A DNA stretch of 64,000 nt, taken from positions 30,086 to 94,085 of the forward strand of contig JALNZF010000012.1 of the NCBI GenBank assembly GCA_023229435.1, read 5' to 3'. Position 1 is the first letter of the stretch. Each line of letters begins with the position of its first letter. A model generated the notes under the pieces. The model searched no databases and was not told the origin of the DNA. It saw only the letters and a list, made by a program, of their open reading frames with translations. Position numbers and translations under genes: made by a program. Positions 11,001-20,625 of the stretch are shown piece by piece. Source of the DNA: Nitrospirota bacterium. GTDB lineage: Bacteria > Nitrospirota > UBA9217.

Positions 11001-11071
11001 TCGTAGATAAGCGCGGCCGCCCCGGAAAGGAAAAAGAGCAGGTAGACAAGGCTGAGAATGAGTATTTGCAT
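8057..11071 (-). CDS. fused MFS-transporter-like / spermidine-synthase-like (PABS) protein (tandem paralog)
   Basis: 1004 aa. The N-terminus MQILILSLVYLLFFLSGAAALIYELVWVRYLSLIFGGSHLAVTTVL is near-identical to the downstream paralog, and the PABS-like C-terminal motifs are the same. It contains C7-G-C4 and G10 homopolymer tracts (10324-10335, 10368-10377). Confidence 0.85.
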   Translation of the reverse strand: MQILILSLVYLLFFLSGAAALIYELVWVRYLSLIFGGSHLAVTTVLAVFMGGLALGSYTIGKRVGKYKQLLRLYGLLELGIAASALAFLALMRFYPSIYVPLARISDSSPVYLSSIRILFSIIALIVPTTLMGGTLPVLSSLVTRSAQGPGSRFSFLYGFNTIGAVVGVAATGFFFLPRYSVSTAMTIAVVINVLIGVLAIALQGRAQAALGKAVTGENAVEKGDIPRTVAAPPPGTLFPLKLVLWGGGVSGFCALGYEVLWTRILSIVIGASTYGFTLLLMAFLAGIGLGSGAYGLFLRILGKPRRGTEQYSGKAVIGFGLIQVIIGLSALFVTLHIRNLPTYTVFVYDFVHDLKFNVDPFKARQMADFALAFSFMFAPAFFMGIAFPLAGTIHGHYKKLVGPAVGEILSYNTIGAILGSAVSGFVLIYLLGIQQSLQLIILINIGYGLLVMVSVKEKKFLNWATAASMAAIILFLLLNPGMWRLWNIKYYAIYQSNHPEMYSTPEKARTAMENADILYYGEGAQAIVSSIQSGEFQTFITNGRVEASNAGNDMQCQYTLGHLPMLLNKNPKKVFVLGTGSGMTLGATSVHPSVEQITLAEIEPKVLGVARTFGIYNHYVLDNPKLRIVFNDGRNFLMTTKEKFDVITADPIHPWFSGAGYLYSTEYFKLAAEHLNPGGILCQWLPLYELSEANLKSIVQTLRNNFSYTMVWLTQTDAELIGSNSPIVIDEKELERRIREPEILQDLARVKMGSAEDFLSYFLMGTEGARTYSSGGIVNTDDNLYLEFSAPQSIGISRLQQENVSTLLTYRESILPYLHRPEDQAGRAAQKSRWERNFKAALLNDQAHVLALAGRFEDPEFKKLSAELDARYPSYARWRYLRTEMPDEAGGTPTLLKQIELAMINDRGEAVTLKFAAVIMRNTDEAARVLFVDGNSRVIFGKLRVRGANRERYIAGVVDSIVLGVQSLYNDELKFAAASGKTKPSATALFPKIRNLVERNAGQ

Positions 11072-11378
11072 AGAGAGAGCCGTATCGCACCGGACTTTCT
11101 TGAGATTATATGAACAGAGGACAGCAGCTTCCGGAGGAACTATGAACGGTGCAATAATTTAGTTTGCCGTCAGCCTTGCCATTCAGTTCATGCGAATGCC
11201 GGTTCATGGTGTCGGCATCATACACATATTGTTGAGAGAATTCAAGTCGGATTGCCAAACAAATTGCCTATTGCCATCACCGTGGCACATCTGATATCAT
11301 ACTTTACGCAGAGCGCAGAGAGTTGTTCGAAAAGGCAAACGAAAAAGGCTATCTGGTTTCTCGTGTCAGAGATGGATC

Positions 11379-13136
11379 GTGAATATAACCCAAAAAGGTA
11401 AATATATTATTGCAGTCACTATCGCCCTCGCGACAGTGCTGGTATATCTGCCTTCTCTGCGCAATGGTTTTGTTGGTGTGTGGGACGACAATATCAATAT
11501 CGTCGAGAATCTGCATATCCGATCGCTTGATGCAACTTTTTTTCGATGGGCATTCCTTGATTTTCATGGGAGCAACTGGCTCCCGCTCACCTGGATCTCG
11601 CTTGCCGTGGACTATGCGTTCTGGGGTCTGAATCCCCTGGGATACCACTTGACGAACATCATTCTTCATGTACTCAACACTCTGGTAGTGGTTTTCCTCG
11701 TCGTAAAACTGCTTCAGGCAGCACGAGAGCGAACGACGAAACCCGAGTTCTTAGCCTTCCTGAGCGATCGGGTGATCCTGTTTATCGGAGGAGTGACCGG
11801 ATTATTATTCGGGATCCATCCTGTTCACGTGGAGTCCGTGGCCTGGGCGGCCGAGCGGAAGGATGTTCTCTGCGCGCTGTTCTTCCTGCTGAGCATCATC
11901 TGGTATGCGAACTATGTGTCCTATAAGACGTATAAGACCTATATGCTCACTCTTGGACTGTTCGTCCTTGCGCTGATGAGCAAGCCCATGGCGGTGAGTC
12001 TTCCCGTGGTGCTTCTCATCCTGGACTGGTATCCCTTGAACAGGATACCGTCCTGGAAAACCATCTGGTCCCTGGTGGTTGAGAAACTACCCTTCTTCCT
12101 CATGAGCCTCGTTTCATCCATGATCACCATCCTGGCCCAGCGGTCGGGAGACTCCATTGCATCGCTGGATGTTGTGCCTGTATCGTCCCGCTTGCTGGTA
12201 GCGGCCCGGTCCCTCATCGCATATCTTGGGAAGATGCTGCTGCCGTTGAACCTGGTCCCTTTTTATCCCTATCCCAGGCAGGTGGTCTTGTTCTCATTCG
12301 AGTACCTGGCGGTTCTTGTCCTGATGCTCGGTATTACTGCATGCGCGCTCGTTGCTGCGAAAAGACATCCGGTGTTGCTTGCAGCCTGGGGATACTATGT
12401 GGTAACGCTCATACCTGTCCTTGGCATTGTCCAGGTTGGGAATCAATCCATGGCGGACCGGTACCTCTATTTGCCGAGCATCGGGCCTTTCCTTGTCGGA
12501 GGGATCGGCATAGCATGGATGGCGAAAAAGGTGACTACCGCGTACAGGAGAGAGACAATGCGACTGCTGGTGTACTCCCTCCTTGCCCTTTGTCTGTTTT
12601 TTCCGTTGTCACTTATTACCATCAAACAGATGGGCAAGTGGAAAAATAGTTTTGCGCTGTGGGATTATACAATCGCAACGGGCATCGAGAGTGCTGTGGC
12701 TTATAATAACCGGGGGCTCTCGTTAAAGGAAATGGATCAGCGGGGCAACGCAATCGCGGATTTCGAACGCGCAATCGCCTTGGATCCACAGAATTATTTT
12801 GCCTATAATAATCTGGGTGTGGTTTATGGCAAAGACGGGCAGTATCCGCGCTCGATCGAATATTTTCTGAAGGCAATTGCGATAAATCCACAACATGCTG
12901 ACTCATACTGCAATCTTGGATTATCTTATTTTAATATGAAGCAAGAGGACAAGGCGCTGGAAAATTATAACAAGGCAATTGAACTGAAGCAGGATTTTGA
13001 TGCGGCCATTCTGAATCGCGGCAATTTATATTTTATTATCGGCAATCGAGCACGTGCCCTGCAGGATTACCGGAAGGCCTGTATGCTCGGGAATAGCAGG
13101 GCATGCGAGGTATTGACTATTGCCAATGGGGAGTAA
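11379..13136 (+). CDS. TMTC-like TPR membrane protein (paralog)
   Basis: 585 aa. Motifs: LPSLRNGFVGVWDDN, W.PLTWISLAVDYAFWGLNPLGYHLTNIILH, HPVHVESVAWAAERKD, QVGNQSMADRYLYLPSIGPF, then TPRs (AYNNRGLSL, AYNNLGVVY, SYCNLGLSY, ILNRGNLYF) and the CMLGNSRAC tail. GTG start. Confidence 0.8.
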   Translation: MNITQKGKYIIAVTIALATVLVYLPSLRNGFVGVWDDNINIVENLHIRSLDATFFRWAFLDFHGSNWLPLTWISLAVDYAFWGLNPLGYHLTNIILHVLNTLVVVFLVVKLLQAARERTTKPEFLAFLSDRVILFIGGVTGLLFGIHPVHVESVAWAAERKDVLCALFFLLSIIWYANYVSYKTYKTYMLTLGLFVLALMSKPMAVSLPVVLLILDWYPLNRIPSWKTIWSLVVEKLPFFLMSLVSSMITILAQRSGDSIASLDVVPVSSRLLVAARSLIAYLGKMLLPLNLVPFYPYPRQVVLFSFEYLAVLVLMLGITACALVAAKRHPVLLAAWGYYVVTLIPVLGIVQVGNQSMADRYLYLPSIGPFLVGGIGIAWMAKKVTTAYRRETMRLLVYSLLALCLFFPLSLITIKQMGKWKNSFALWDYTIATGIESAVAYNNRGLSLKEMDQRGNAIADFERAIALDPQNYFAYNNLGVVYGKDGQYPRSIEYFLKAIAINPQHADSYCNLGLSYFNMKQEDKALENYNKAIELKQDFDAAILNRGNLYFIIGNRARALQDYRKACMLGNSRACEVLTIANGE

Positions 13137-13242
13137 CGTGTGGATACAACACTCAGAGGAGAGCCTCTCCGAAAGTGTGTCGGACTGAGCAAATGGGCAC
13201 GCAAAAGAAAAAAGAACAATCGGGCATTGAACGTATCTGGAG

Positions 13243-15288
13243 GTGCTGGTAGTGCGATCCAGGAAATCTAAATACTATCTTGCGCTATTCGTTGCCTTGG
13301 CAACATTCATTATCTACCTTCCTGCCCTTCGGAACGAGTTCGTGTACTGGGATGATAACCTCTATGTTTTTGAGAACGCAAATATCCGATCGCTTGATGC
13401 CGCTTTTTTCCGATGGGCATTCCTTGGTTTCCACATAAGCAACTGGCATCCTCTCACCTGGATATCCCATGCCGCGGACTACGCCATCTGGGGGCTGAAT
13501 CCCCTGGGGCATCATTTGACGAGCATCATCCTGCACACAATCAACACCGCGCTCGTTGTTTTGCTGGCCCTGAAACTGCTTGAGTTCGTGAGGAAGAGGC
13601 CTGCACACAATGGGTCTGCCTCGTTCTTGAATGACCGGACAATCCTGATCGCGGCGGGAACAACGGGTCTGCTGTTCGGCATCCATCCCGTGCATGTGGA
13701 ATCCGTGGCCTGGGTCGCGGAGCGGAAGGACCTGCTGTGCGCCCTGTTCTTTCTGCTGAGCGTCATCGGGTATGTGGAATATGCAGGAAGTCGGCAGTCG
13801 GTAGTCGGCAGTCAGCCGTCGGAAGGCGGGGCAAAAGATGAAACCGGCGGGAAGAATTTCTTGACCAACAGGCAGTATCTTCTGAGCCTCGGGTTTTTTA
13901 TCCTTGCGCTGATGAGCAAGCCCATGGCGGTCAGCCTTCCGCTGGTTCTGTTGATTTTTGATTGGTATCCGCTGGGCAGGATAGGCTCCGGGAAGACGTT
14001 CCGGGTCGCCTTTGTCGAGAAACTCCCCTTTATCGTCCTGAGTCTTGTTTCATCGCTTCTGACCATTCTGGCACAGAGGACAGGAGAAGCGATTATATCG
14101 GTAGTACAGATACCAATTTCAGTACGATCGGTTGTCGCGGCAAAGTCGCTTGTCGCGTATCTTGGGAAGATGCTGCTGCCGATAAATCTAATTCCCTACT
14201 ATCCCTATTCCTATACCAATGACGTATCGCTGTTCTTAGTCGAGAACCTGCTGGCGATTGGACTCGTGGCCGGGATCACGTTGGCCTGTGCGGTCCTGGC
14301 GAAAAAACAAAAGGTTTTGATGTCCGCCTGGGGATATTATATAGTAACGCTCATTCCCGTCCTGGGCATTGTCCAGGTCGGAGAACAGTCCATGGCCGAC
14401 CGGTATACCTATCTGCCCGGCTTGGGGCCTTTCCTTATCGCGGGACTCTGTGCCGCCTGGATCGCGGAACGATTTTTTGTGAAACGACAGAATGCGCGCT
14501 TTAAAATTGTCCTCGGCCTTGCGTCCTCGTTTGCCCTTGTTTTTCTATTGTATTCAACCTTCGCACAGATACATATATGGCAAGACAGCATTACTTTGTG
14601 GAGCTATGTGATTGAAAAAACGCCGGGCAAAGTTTCCCTGGCGTATTCACAACGAGGAAGTGTTTTTGGAAAAATAGGACTGACCGATAGGGCTATTGCG
14701 GACCTGGAAATGGCCATTGCCTTGAATCCGAATAATTATGACGCTTATATGAACCTGGGTGTTGCTTACGAAAAACGGGGTCAGTTCGACAAGGCAACTG
14801 AAAACGTTGAAAAGGCTATTACCGTGAAACCCTCTTCTCACGAAGCCTATCTTTATCGAGGCGTCCTGTATGAGGAAGCGGGTCAGCTTGAAAAGGCCAT
14901 GGAGGCCTATACGAAAGCTATCTCGTTGGATCCAACTGATTTCGAAACTTACAATAATCGCGGCGTGGTTTTTGGCAAGATGGGGCGATTTGAGAGGGCG
15001 ATCGCGGACTATGGTGAAGCGATCGGACTCAATCCCCTTCACATTAGCGCTCATTCGAACCGCGGCGTAGCTTATACCCTTACCGGCCAATATGACAGGG
15101 CGCTGGAAGATTTCAACAGGGCGGTCTTCCTAAGTCCGAGTGATCCCCTAATGTACTTTAACCGTGGAACGTTCTATCGAAAAACCGGCAAGAACGAGCT
15201 TGCTTCTGCGGATTTCCAGAATGCCTGTAATCTCGGGGATGAGAGAGCATGCGGCGCTCTGCATAAGTTGACGCAGGGATTGCATTAG
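13243..15288 (+). CDS. TMTC-like TPR membrane protein (paralog)
   Basis: 681 aa with the same motif set, a variable low-complexity loop (SRQSVVGSQPSEGG) and 8 TPRs. GGAGG abuts the tool's GTG at 13243, so the GTG at 13252 (9-nt spacing) is the more likely start. Confidence 0.8.
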   Translation: MLVVRSRKSKYYLALFVALATFIIYLPALRNEFVYWDDNLYVFENANIRSLDAAFFRWAFLGFHISNWHPLTWISHAADYAIWGLNPLGHHLTSIILHTINTALVVLLALKLLEFVRKRPAHNGSASFLNDRTILIAAGTTGLLFGIHPVHVESVAWVAERKDLLCALFFLLSVIGYVEYAGSRQSVVGSQPSEGGAKDETGGKNFLTNRQYLLSLGFFILALMSKPMAVSLPLVLLIFDWYPLGRIGSGKTFRVAFVEKLPFIVLSLVSSLLTILAQRTGEAIISVVQIPISVRSVVAAKSLVAYLGKMLLPINLIPYYPYSYTNDVSLFLVENLLAIGLVAGITLACAVLAKKQKVLMSAWGYYIVTLIPVLGIVQVGEQSMADRYTYLPGLGPFLIAGLCAAWIAERFFVKRQNARFKIVLGLASSFALVFLLYSTFAQIHIWQDSITLWSYVIEKTPGKVSLAYSQRGSVFGKIGLTDRAIADLEMAIALNPNNYDAYMNLGVAYEKRGQFDKATENVEKAITVKPSSHEAYLYRGVLYEEAGQLEKAMEAYTKAISLDPTDFETYNNRGVVFGKMGRFERAIADYGEAIGLNPLHISAHSNRGVAYTLTGQYDRALEDFNRAVFLSPSDPLMYFNRGTFYRKTGKNELASADFQNACNLGDERACGALHKLTQGLH

Positions 15289-15362
15289 GAGTGCCGCGGA
15301 ACCACCCGCGAGAACGCTATAAAACAACGTCTTATTGTTTTCTCGAATCGTGGAGGTTGAAG

Positions 15363-16982
15363 GTGCAAAAAACGAATAATGTTAAATACGCATGCTATCT
15401 CGCGGCTTCTGTCGCCTTTTTAACGTTTCTCGTCTATCTTCCGGCCCTTCGGAATGAGTTCGTTAACTGGGATGACGGACCTTATGTTTTTGCTAATCTT
15501 CAGATTCGTTCATTTGACGGAAATTTTTTCAAGTGGGCTTTTCTTGAATTCCATATAATGAACTGGCATCCCCTGACATGGATATCCCATGCCCTCGATT
15601 ACGCTCTCTGGGGCCTGAATCCGATGGGACACCACCTGACGAATATCATTCTGCACACAGTCAACACCGCCCTGGTTGTTGTGCTTGCCACTAAGTTAGT
15701 GGAAGCTCGCACAAACGGTTTGAACGGCTTAAACGGTTTAAACAAAGGAGCGTTGATTGCAGCGGGGGTCGCGGGCTTGTTGTTCGGTCTCCATCCCGTG
15801 CATGTGGAGTCGGTGGCCTGGGTCGCTGAACGGAAAGACCTTCTCTGCGCCCTGTTCTTTCTGTTGAGCGTCATCTGGTATGCGAACTATGTGTCCTATA
15901 AGACGTATAGGACCTATATGCTCACTCTCGGGTTTTTTGCCCTTGCTCTGATGAGCAAACCCATGGCAATCACCCTTCCCGCGGTCCTGCTCATCCTCGA
16001 CTGGTATCCCTATAACCGGATCCGATCTCTCAAGACCTTCCGGGCCGCGAGTGTCGAGAAACTCCCTTTTTTGGCATTGAGTCTGATTTCCTCGGTACTG
16101 ACGGTCTTTGCGCAGAGATCAGGAGGGGCGTTGGAGCTCATGGAGATAGTACCGCTCTCAACACGCCTGCTCGTGTCAATGCATTCGCTCATCGCGTATC
16201 TCGGAAAGATGCTGTGGCCTTTGGAATTAATACCTTTTTATCCCTATCCACGGACAGTCTCGTTTCTGTCGCCTGAGTACTTCGGGGTCGTTGCTCTCGT
16301 GATCGGCATAACGATAATCTGTGTGGTAAAAGCGAAAAAAAAGCAACACCTGTGGTTGTCTGTCTGGTCCTATTATTGCGTTACGCTGGCGCCTGTGCTC
16401 GGCATTATCCAGGTGGGAGGTCAGGCAATGGCGGACAGATACACCTATCTGCCCAGCGTGGGGCCATTCCTTCTCGTGGGTCTGGGTGCGGCATGGGTAT
16501 GGGAAAAGAGTGAGATATCGTGGAAGCGGGGACTGATCGCAACTACTGCTTTTATGGTGTTTCTGTCCCTGTCCTTTATGACGTTCCAGCAAATAGGCCG
16601 GTGGAAAAACGATGTTGATCTCTGGAACTATGTTATTGAACGGGAAGGCCACGACGTTCTTTTTGCTTATTTCAAGCGCGGCCAGGCGTTTGCACTGAGA
16701 GGGCAGTATGAAAAAGCGATCGAGGACTATAATACGGTGATAGCATTGAACGTTGAGGAATACAGCAAAGCGTACATCGAGCGCGGACTTACCTATCTTA
16801 AGGCGGGACAAGTAGACCTCGCCGTTGCTGACTTAAAGAAAGCGTGTTCATTGGGAGACAATTTCGGTTGTAAAGCATTGCGCTTTATCGGGAAGCAGGG
16901 GCGTAATTTGTCGTGTCGTGAGCATCTCCATGGTATTTTGAACAGGCAAATAGTGCGTGCAGTAAAATGGATGTCGACTTGA
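15363..16982 (+). CDS. TMTC-like TPR membrane protein (paralog)
   Basis: The ORF is open from 15291, but a conserved initiation context GGAGGTTGAAGGTG places a GTG start at 15363 (GGAGG 15352-15356). The resulting N-terminus VQKTNNVKYACYLAASVAFLTFLVYLPALRNEF aligns with the paralogs. It contains a GLNGLNGLN loop repeat. TPR tail. Confidence 0.75.
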   Translation: MQKTNNVKYACYLAASVAFLTFLVYLPALRNEFVNWDDGPYVFANLQIRSFDGNFFKWAFLEFHIMNWHPLTWISHALDYALWGLNPMGHHLTNIILHTVNTALVVVLATKLVEARTNGLNGLNGLNKGALIAAGVAGLLFGLHPVHVESVAWVAERKDLLCALFFLLSVIWYANYVSYKTYRTYMLTLGFFALALMSKPMAITLPAVLLILDWYPYNRIRSLKTFRAASVEKLPFLALSLISSVLTVFAQRSGGALELMEIVPLSTRLLVSMHSLIAYLGKMLWPLELIPFYPYPRTVSFLSPEYFGVVALVIGITIICVVKAKKKQHLWLSVWSYYCVTLAPVLGIIQVGGQAMADRYTYLPSVGPFLLVGLGAAWVWEKSEISWKRGLIATTAFMVFLSLSFMTFQQIGRWKNDVDLWNYVIEREGHDVLFAYFKRGQAFALRGQYEKAIEDYNTVIALNVEEYSKAYIERGLTYLKAGQVDLAVADLKKACSLGDNFGCKALRFIGKQGRNLSCREHLHGILNRQIVRAVKWMST

Positions 16983-17050
16983 ATAGAACCGAGAAAGCTA
17001 GTAAACTCATTCGCAAGTTACAATTTGCAAAAAACAGGAGCCCTTCAAAC

Positions 17051-18676
17051 ATGAAAAACTCCGTTCTTCGATCCGCACTACCCGCACTCCTCTTGTCAGC
17101 CCTTGTACTCATTCCGTTTTTCAACAAAGCCTTCACCATTGATGACCCGGTCTTTCTCTTTGAAGCACGCCACGCATTGGTGGACCCCCTTCATCCGACC
17201 GCCTTTGAAATGACTTGGGATGAGAAGCCGGAAAGAGTGTCACAACTTGTCCCAACAGGACCGGTCATGGCATGGCTGCTCATACCAACCGTTCTTGCAG
17301 ATGGCGCCGAGTGGCTCGCACACGCCACCCAGTTGGCAATGCTCTGGTTTGCAATTATTGCCACCGTGTCCCTTGCGCAGCGGTTCGGACTTCCAAAACC
17401 GTGGCCAACTGCGTCAGGCCTCATCTTGGTTGCCATGCCTGCCGTACTCGGTATGGCGGGAACAGCAATGCCAGACGTTCCTGCAATGGCTTTCGGTATT
17501 GCCGGGATAGAACGACTCATCGCATGGAGTCAGAATCGAAGATATTCACAAGCGTTGTTGACGGCGCTTTTTCTCGGAATAGCGCCTCTCACCCGGACCC
17601 ATCAGATCCTCCTGCTTGGGGTCGGCGGCATTCTTCTCCTCGGACCAACGTTCTCGCTTGCTGCACTGCGTAACCGATGGTCAGCATTTCTGCCCCTTGT
17701 TGCAGCACTGCTCATTACACTCGCTGTTAACTTCATAACAAGCGACCCTCATCCCGGTGCTGGAAATCTAGCCGGCGCGGCCATCCGCTACAGTTCCGTA
17801 TCAATATCACAGTTCGCCAGGAACGCCGTTGCATTGCCAATTCACTGGGTACTTGCTATGGCTTTTGCATTACCCTGGACGGCCTTGCGTTGGAGAACCA
17901 TGCTGCGAAATCGTTTGGTCCTCGGTGCAGCAGCGGCCGGTGTTCTTCTTTCAGCCATGGCTCTTGCGTATACAACCTATCTGTCGCTGCCCCTTTCGAT
18001 CATCGCCGGGCTCGGGATTGCCGTGTTATGGGATCTGTTTGCAGACGGATGGAGTAGGCGGGATTCAATACAGTTAGCACTTGGACTGTGGCTTTTGATT
18101 GCCCTGCCTGCCGTCTTTTATGCCAATTTACCGCCCAAATATATGGTTGTGTCGGCACCTGCTGCGGCCTTGCTCATTGCACGTGAGCTATCTTCACGCA
18201 AAGGCAAAGAATCTTGGCTCATCCTTGGAGTTACGGTCGTGCTGGGCATTTGTCTCGGCGTTGCAATCCTGCGTGCTGATGCAACATTTGCAAACCTGGG
18301 GCGTCAAGCCGCTGCAGAGCTTATCGCACCTAATGTTGCCGCAGGAAAGCGTGTGTGGTTTGTGGGTCACTGGGGATACCAATGGTATGCGGAGAATGCC
18401 GGCGCGCGTCCTGCAACATTGACCCCGCCATACCCGTCACCGGGCGACTTAATAGTCGTGAGTATCGCGAGCGCACTAAGCATCAGGGTGCTGGAAGAAA
18501 TAAATGATCAATTCCCGAATATGACCCAGATTGCCCGAATTGAAGATTCTCGTCTCGGAGGACGACTCATGAATAAGAGGATCGGGGCGGGTTTTTACTC
18601 AAACATTTCCGGATACTGGCCTTGGGTTTGGAGCGATTCTTTGGTTGACCAGTATACGGTATGGCGGATTGAGTAG
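17051..18676 (+). CDS. polytopic membrane protein, possible GT-C-type glycosyltransferase (weak ArnT-like loop)
   Basis: ORF open from 16967. ATG at 17051 is preceded by AGGAG at 17036-17040. About 12 predicted TM helices. The first loop IDDPVFLFEARHALVDPL loosely resembles the DE..Y..IAR.M loop of GT83. Low-confidence function. Confidence 0.5.
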   Translation: MKNSVLRSALPALLLSALVLIPFFNKAFTIDDPVFLFEARHALVDPLHPTAFEMTWDEKPERVSQLVPTGPVMAWLLIPTVLADGAEWLAHATQLAMLWFAIIATVSLAQRFGLPKPWPTASGLILVAMPAVLGMAGTAMPDVPAMAFGIAGIERLIAWSQNRRYSQALLTALFLGIAPLTRTHQILLLGVGGILLLGPTFSLAALRNRWSAFLPLVAALLITLAVNFITSDPHPGAGNLAGAAIRYSSVSISQFARNAVALPIHWVLAMAFALPWTALRWRTMLRNRLVLGAAAAGVLLSAMALAYTTYLSLPLSIIAGLGIAVLWDLFADGWSRRDSIQLALGLWLLIALPAVFYANLPPKYMVVSAPAAALLIARELSSRKGKESWLILGVTVVLGICLGVAILRADATFANLGRQAAAELIAPNVAAGKRVWFVGHWGYQWYAENAGARPATLTPPYPSPGDLIVVSIASALSIRVLEEINDQFPNMTQIARIEDSRLGGRLMNKRIGAGFYSNISGYWPWVWSDSLVDQYTVWRIE

Positions 18677-18736
18677 CAGTAGTGCTATTATATTTTACTT
18701 CATATACTCAGTACAGGGTTTATAAATGGAACTATA

Positions 18737-20398
18737 GTGTCCCTGAGAAAGGGCTTCACAATGGATAGCAAGGAGCGAGTACGGCTCGCAGTCGCTGGTA
18801 AAGGCAGACTGCAGTCCTGTTGGATTGCAGTTGGCTTGATAGCCTTAACAGTTGTGACCTATATACACGCGGGACGGCTGGATTTTGTCAATTTTGATGA
18901 CGGGCGATACGTCTACCTGAACGACCATGTAAAAGCCGGCCTTACCTGGAACAGTATCGTTTGGGCATTCAAGGCTTTCGTATTAGGGTTATGGCACCCT
19001 CTCACCTTGCTCTCCTACATGCTCGACGTACAACTCTTTGGTGTAAACCCGCATGCGCTTCACCTGGTAAACGTCGCCATCCATACCTTCAACACGTTAT
19101 TGCTTTTCCTGTTGCTGAAATCCGCAACAGGTCGACCGCTTCGCAGTGCAATGGTAGCCGCACTCTTCGCTGTGCATCCTCTCCATGTCGAGTCAGTGGC
19201 ATGGATTGCAGAGCGTAAAGATGTACTCAGTACGTTTTTTTGGCTTCTTGCTTTGAACGCCTGGGTGCGCTATGCGCGGTTTCCAAGCACAAGGCAATAT
19301 ATTGTTGTTGCCATGATCTTTGTTCTTGGACTGATGTCTAAGCCAATGGTTATGACACTGCCGGTGACCTTGCTCCTGATGGACTTCTGGCCGCTCTGTC
19401 GTGTTAATCCAGCAGGATTATCCATGACATCGCTTCGAACGATCTTATTGGAAAAAGTACCGTTGTTGTTTTTATCGATTGCATCGGTTTTGATCACGTT
19501 GTTGTCTCAGGACAGAAGCGGGGCTGTCGGAAATTTACAGGTTATATCCATAAGTGAGCGCATTGGCAACGCTGTGTTAGCCGCAGGGCTCTATTTAATG
19601 AAGATGATATGGCCCGTGGATCTCTCTGTACTGTATCCTCATCCTGCCCTAACGCCACAGGGAATGCCTTGGGCTGCCGTATCTGCATCCGCAATACTCC
19701 TCATGTTCATAACCGCTCTCGTTATATGGCAATGGCGGCCGCGGCCATACCTGGCAATTGGCTGGGCCTGGTATCTGGTAACGGTTTTGCCGGTTATAGG
19801 TTTGGTTCAGGTAGGGTTACAAGGAATGGCTGACCGGTACACGTATGTGCCCCTCATAGGTCCATTTTTCGCATTGGTCTGGTTGGTTGCTGACCTTCTA
19901 TCTCAACAAATCCCGAGAATCTGGATTGCAGGAGTATCAGTGATTCTGCTGTTGGGAATGTCGTTCGTCAGTTTCCGGCAGGTAGGCGTCTGGCAAAACA
20001 GCTTTACGCTCTTCGAGCATGCGCTTGCCATAACGCCTGACAATGCCCCCGCTTTACGCAACCTGGGTACGGCCTGGCAGGATGCACAACGACCTGACAA
20101 GGCCATACCCTTGCTGGAAGAGTCTGTTCGACTGCTCCCGTTAGAAGCACATACCTGGATGAATTTGGGCATCAGCTATATGACCGTCGGACGTGTGGAA
20201 GAAGCGCAGGCGTCTTTCGAAAAAGCCGCGCGTATGAGGCCTAATGACGGCTATATTTTGTATAATTTGGCACTAGCGTTCGCTATGCAGCAACGGTGGG
20301 AGGAAGCACAAAAGACTAAAGAACGACTTGCATCAGTCAGTCCCGAGCTCGCAATCAAGCTTGAGGCACTGCTTAACCGTGTTCAGAATGACAGGTGA
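18737..20398 (+). CDS. TMTC-like TPR membrane protein (divergent paralog)
   Basis: 553 aa. Motifs: FVNFDDGRYVYLNDHV, LWHPLTLLSYMLDVQLFGVNPHALHLVNVAIH, HPLHVESVAWIAERKD, QVGLQGMADRYTYVPLIGPF, then TPRs. Confidence 0.75.
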   Translation: MSLRKGFTMDSKERVRLAVAGKGRLQSCWIAVGLIALTVVTYIHAGRLDFVNFDDGRYVYLNDHVKAGLTWNSIVWAFKAFVLGLWHPLTLLSYMLDVQLFGVNPHALHLVNVAIHTFNTLLLFLLLKSATGRPLRSAMVAALFAVHPLHVESVAWIAERKDVLSTFFWLLALNAWVRYARFPSTRQYIVVAMIFVLGLMSKPMVMTLPVTLLLMDFWPLCRVNPAGLSMTSLRTILLEKVPLLFLSIASVLITLLSQDRSGAVGNLQVISISERIGNAVLAAGLYLMKMIWPVDLSVLYPHPALTPQGMPWAAVSASAILLMFITALVIWQWRPRPYLAIGWAWYLVTVLPVIGLVQVGLQGMADRYTYVPLIGPFFALVWLVADLLSQQIPRIWIAGVSVILLLGMSFVSFRQVGVWQNSFTLFEHALAITPDNAPALRNLGTAWQDAQRPDKAIPLLEESVRLLPLEAHTWMNLGISYMTVGRVEEAQASFEKAARMRPNDGYILYNLALAFAMQQRWEEAQKTKERLASVSPELAIKLEALLNRVQNDR

Positions 20399-20625
20399 CC
20401 CTTCTCGTTTTGACTTAAACAACTCACCTTCGAGAGGACGCAGGTGCAAGGGGCAGAAAAAAGTTTAACCAGTTGTACTCCAGGAAGCTCTCTGCGTCCT
20501 CCGCGTGATATCCTAAGTTGCCGCTGAATCATGTAGGCTGCCGCGGCGCAGGGTATTGACATCCCGCTCTCTTTGGGGGAGAGCGCGATGAATACAGTCT
20601 TGTGGTTTTTAAATCATCGAGGTTG

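Noticed and set aside
15715-15745. Short in-frame tandem repeats within TMTC paralog loops (GLNGLNGLN; also GVRGQG at 21181-21210 and SRQSVVGSQ at 13790-13815)
   Set aside because: These are simple low-complexity insertions in a variable cytoplasmic or periplasmic loop, not CRISPR, a microsatellite locus or a regulatory element. Noted only as loop variability.
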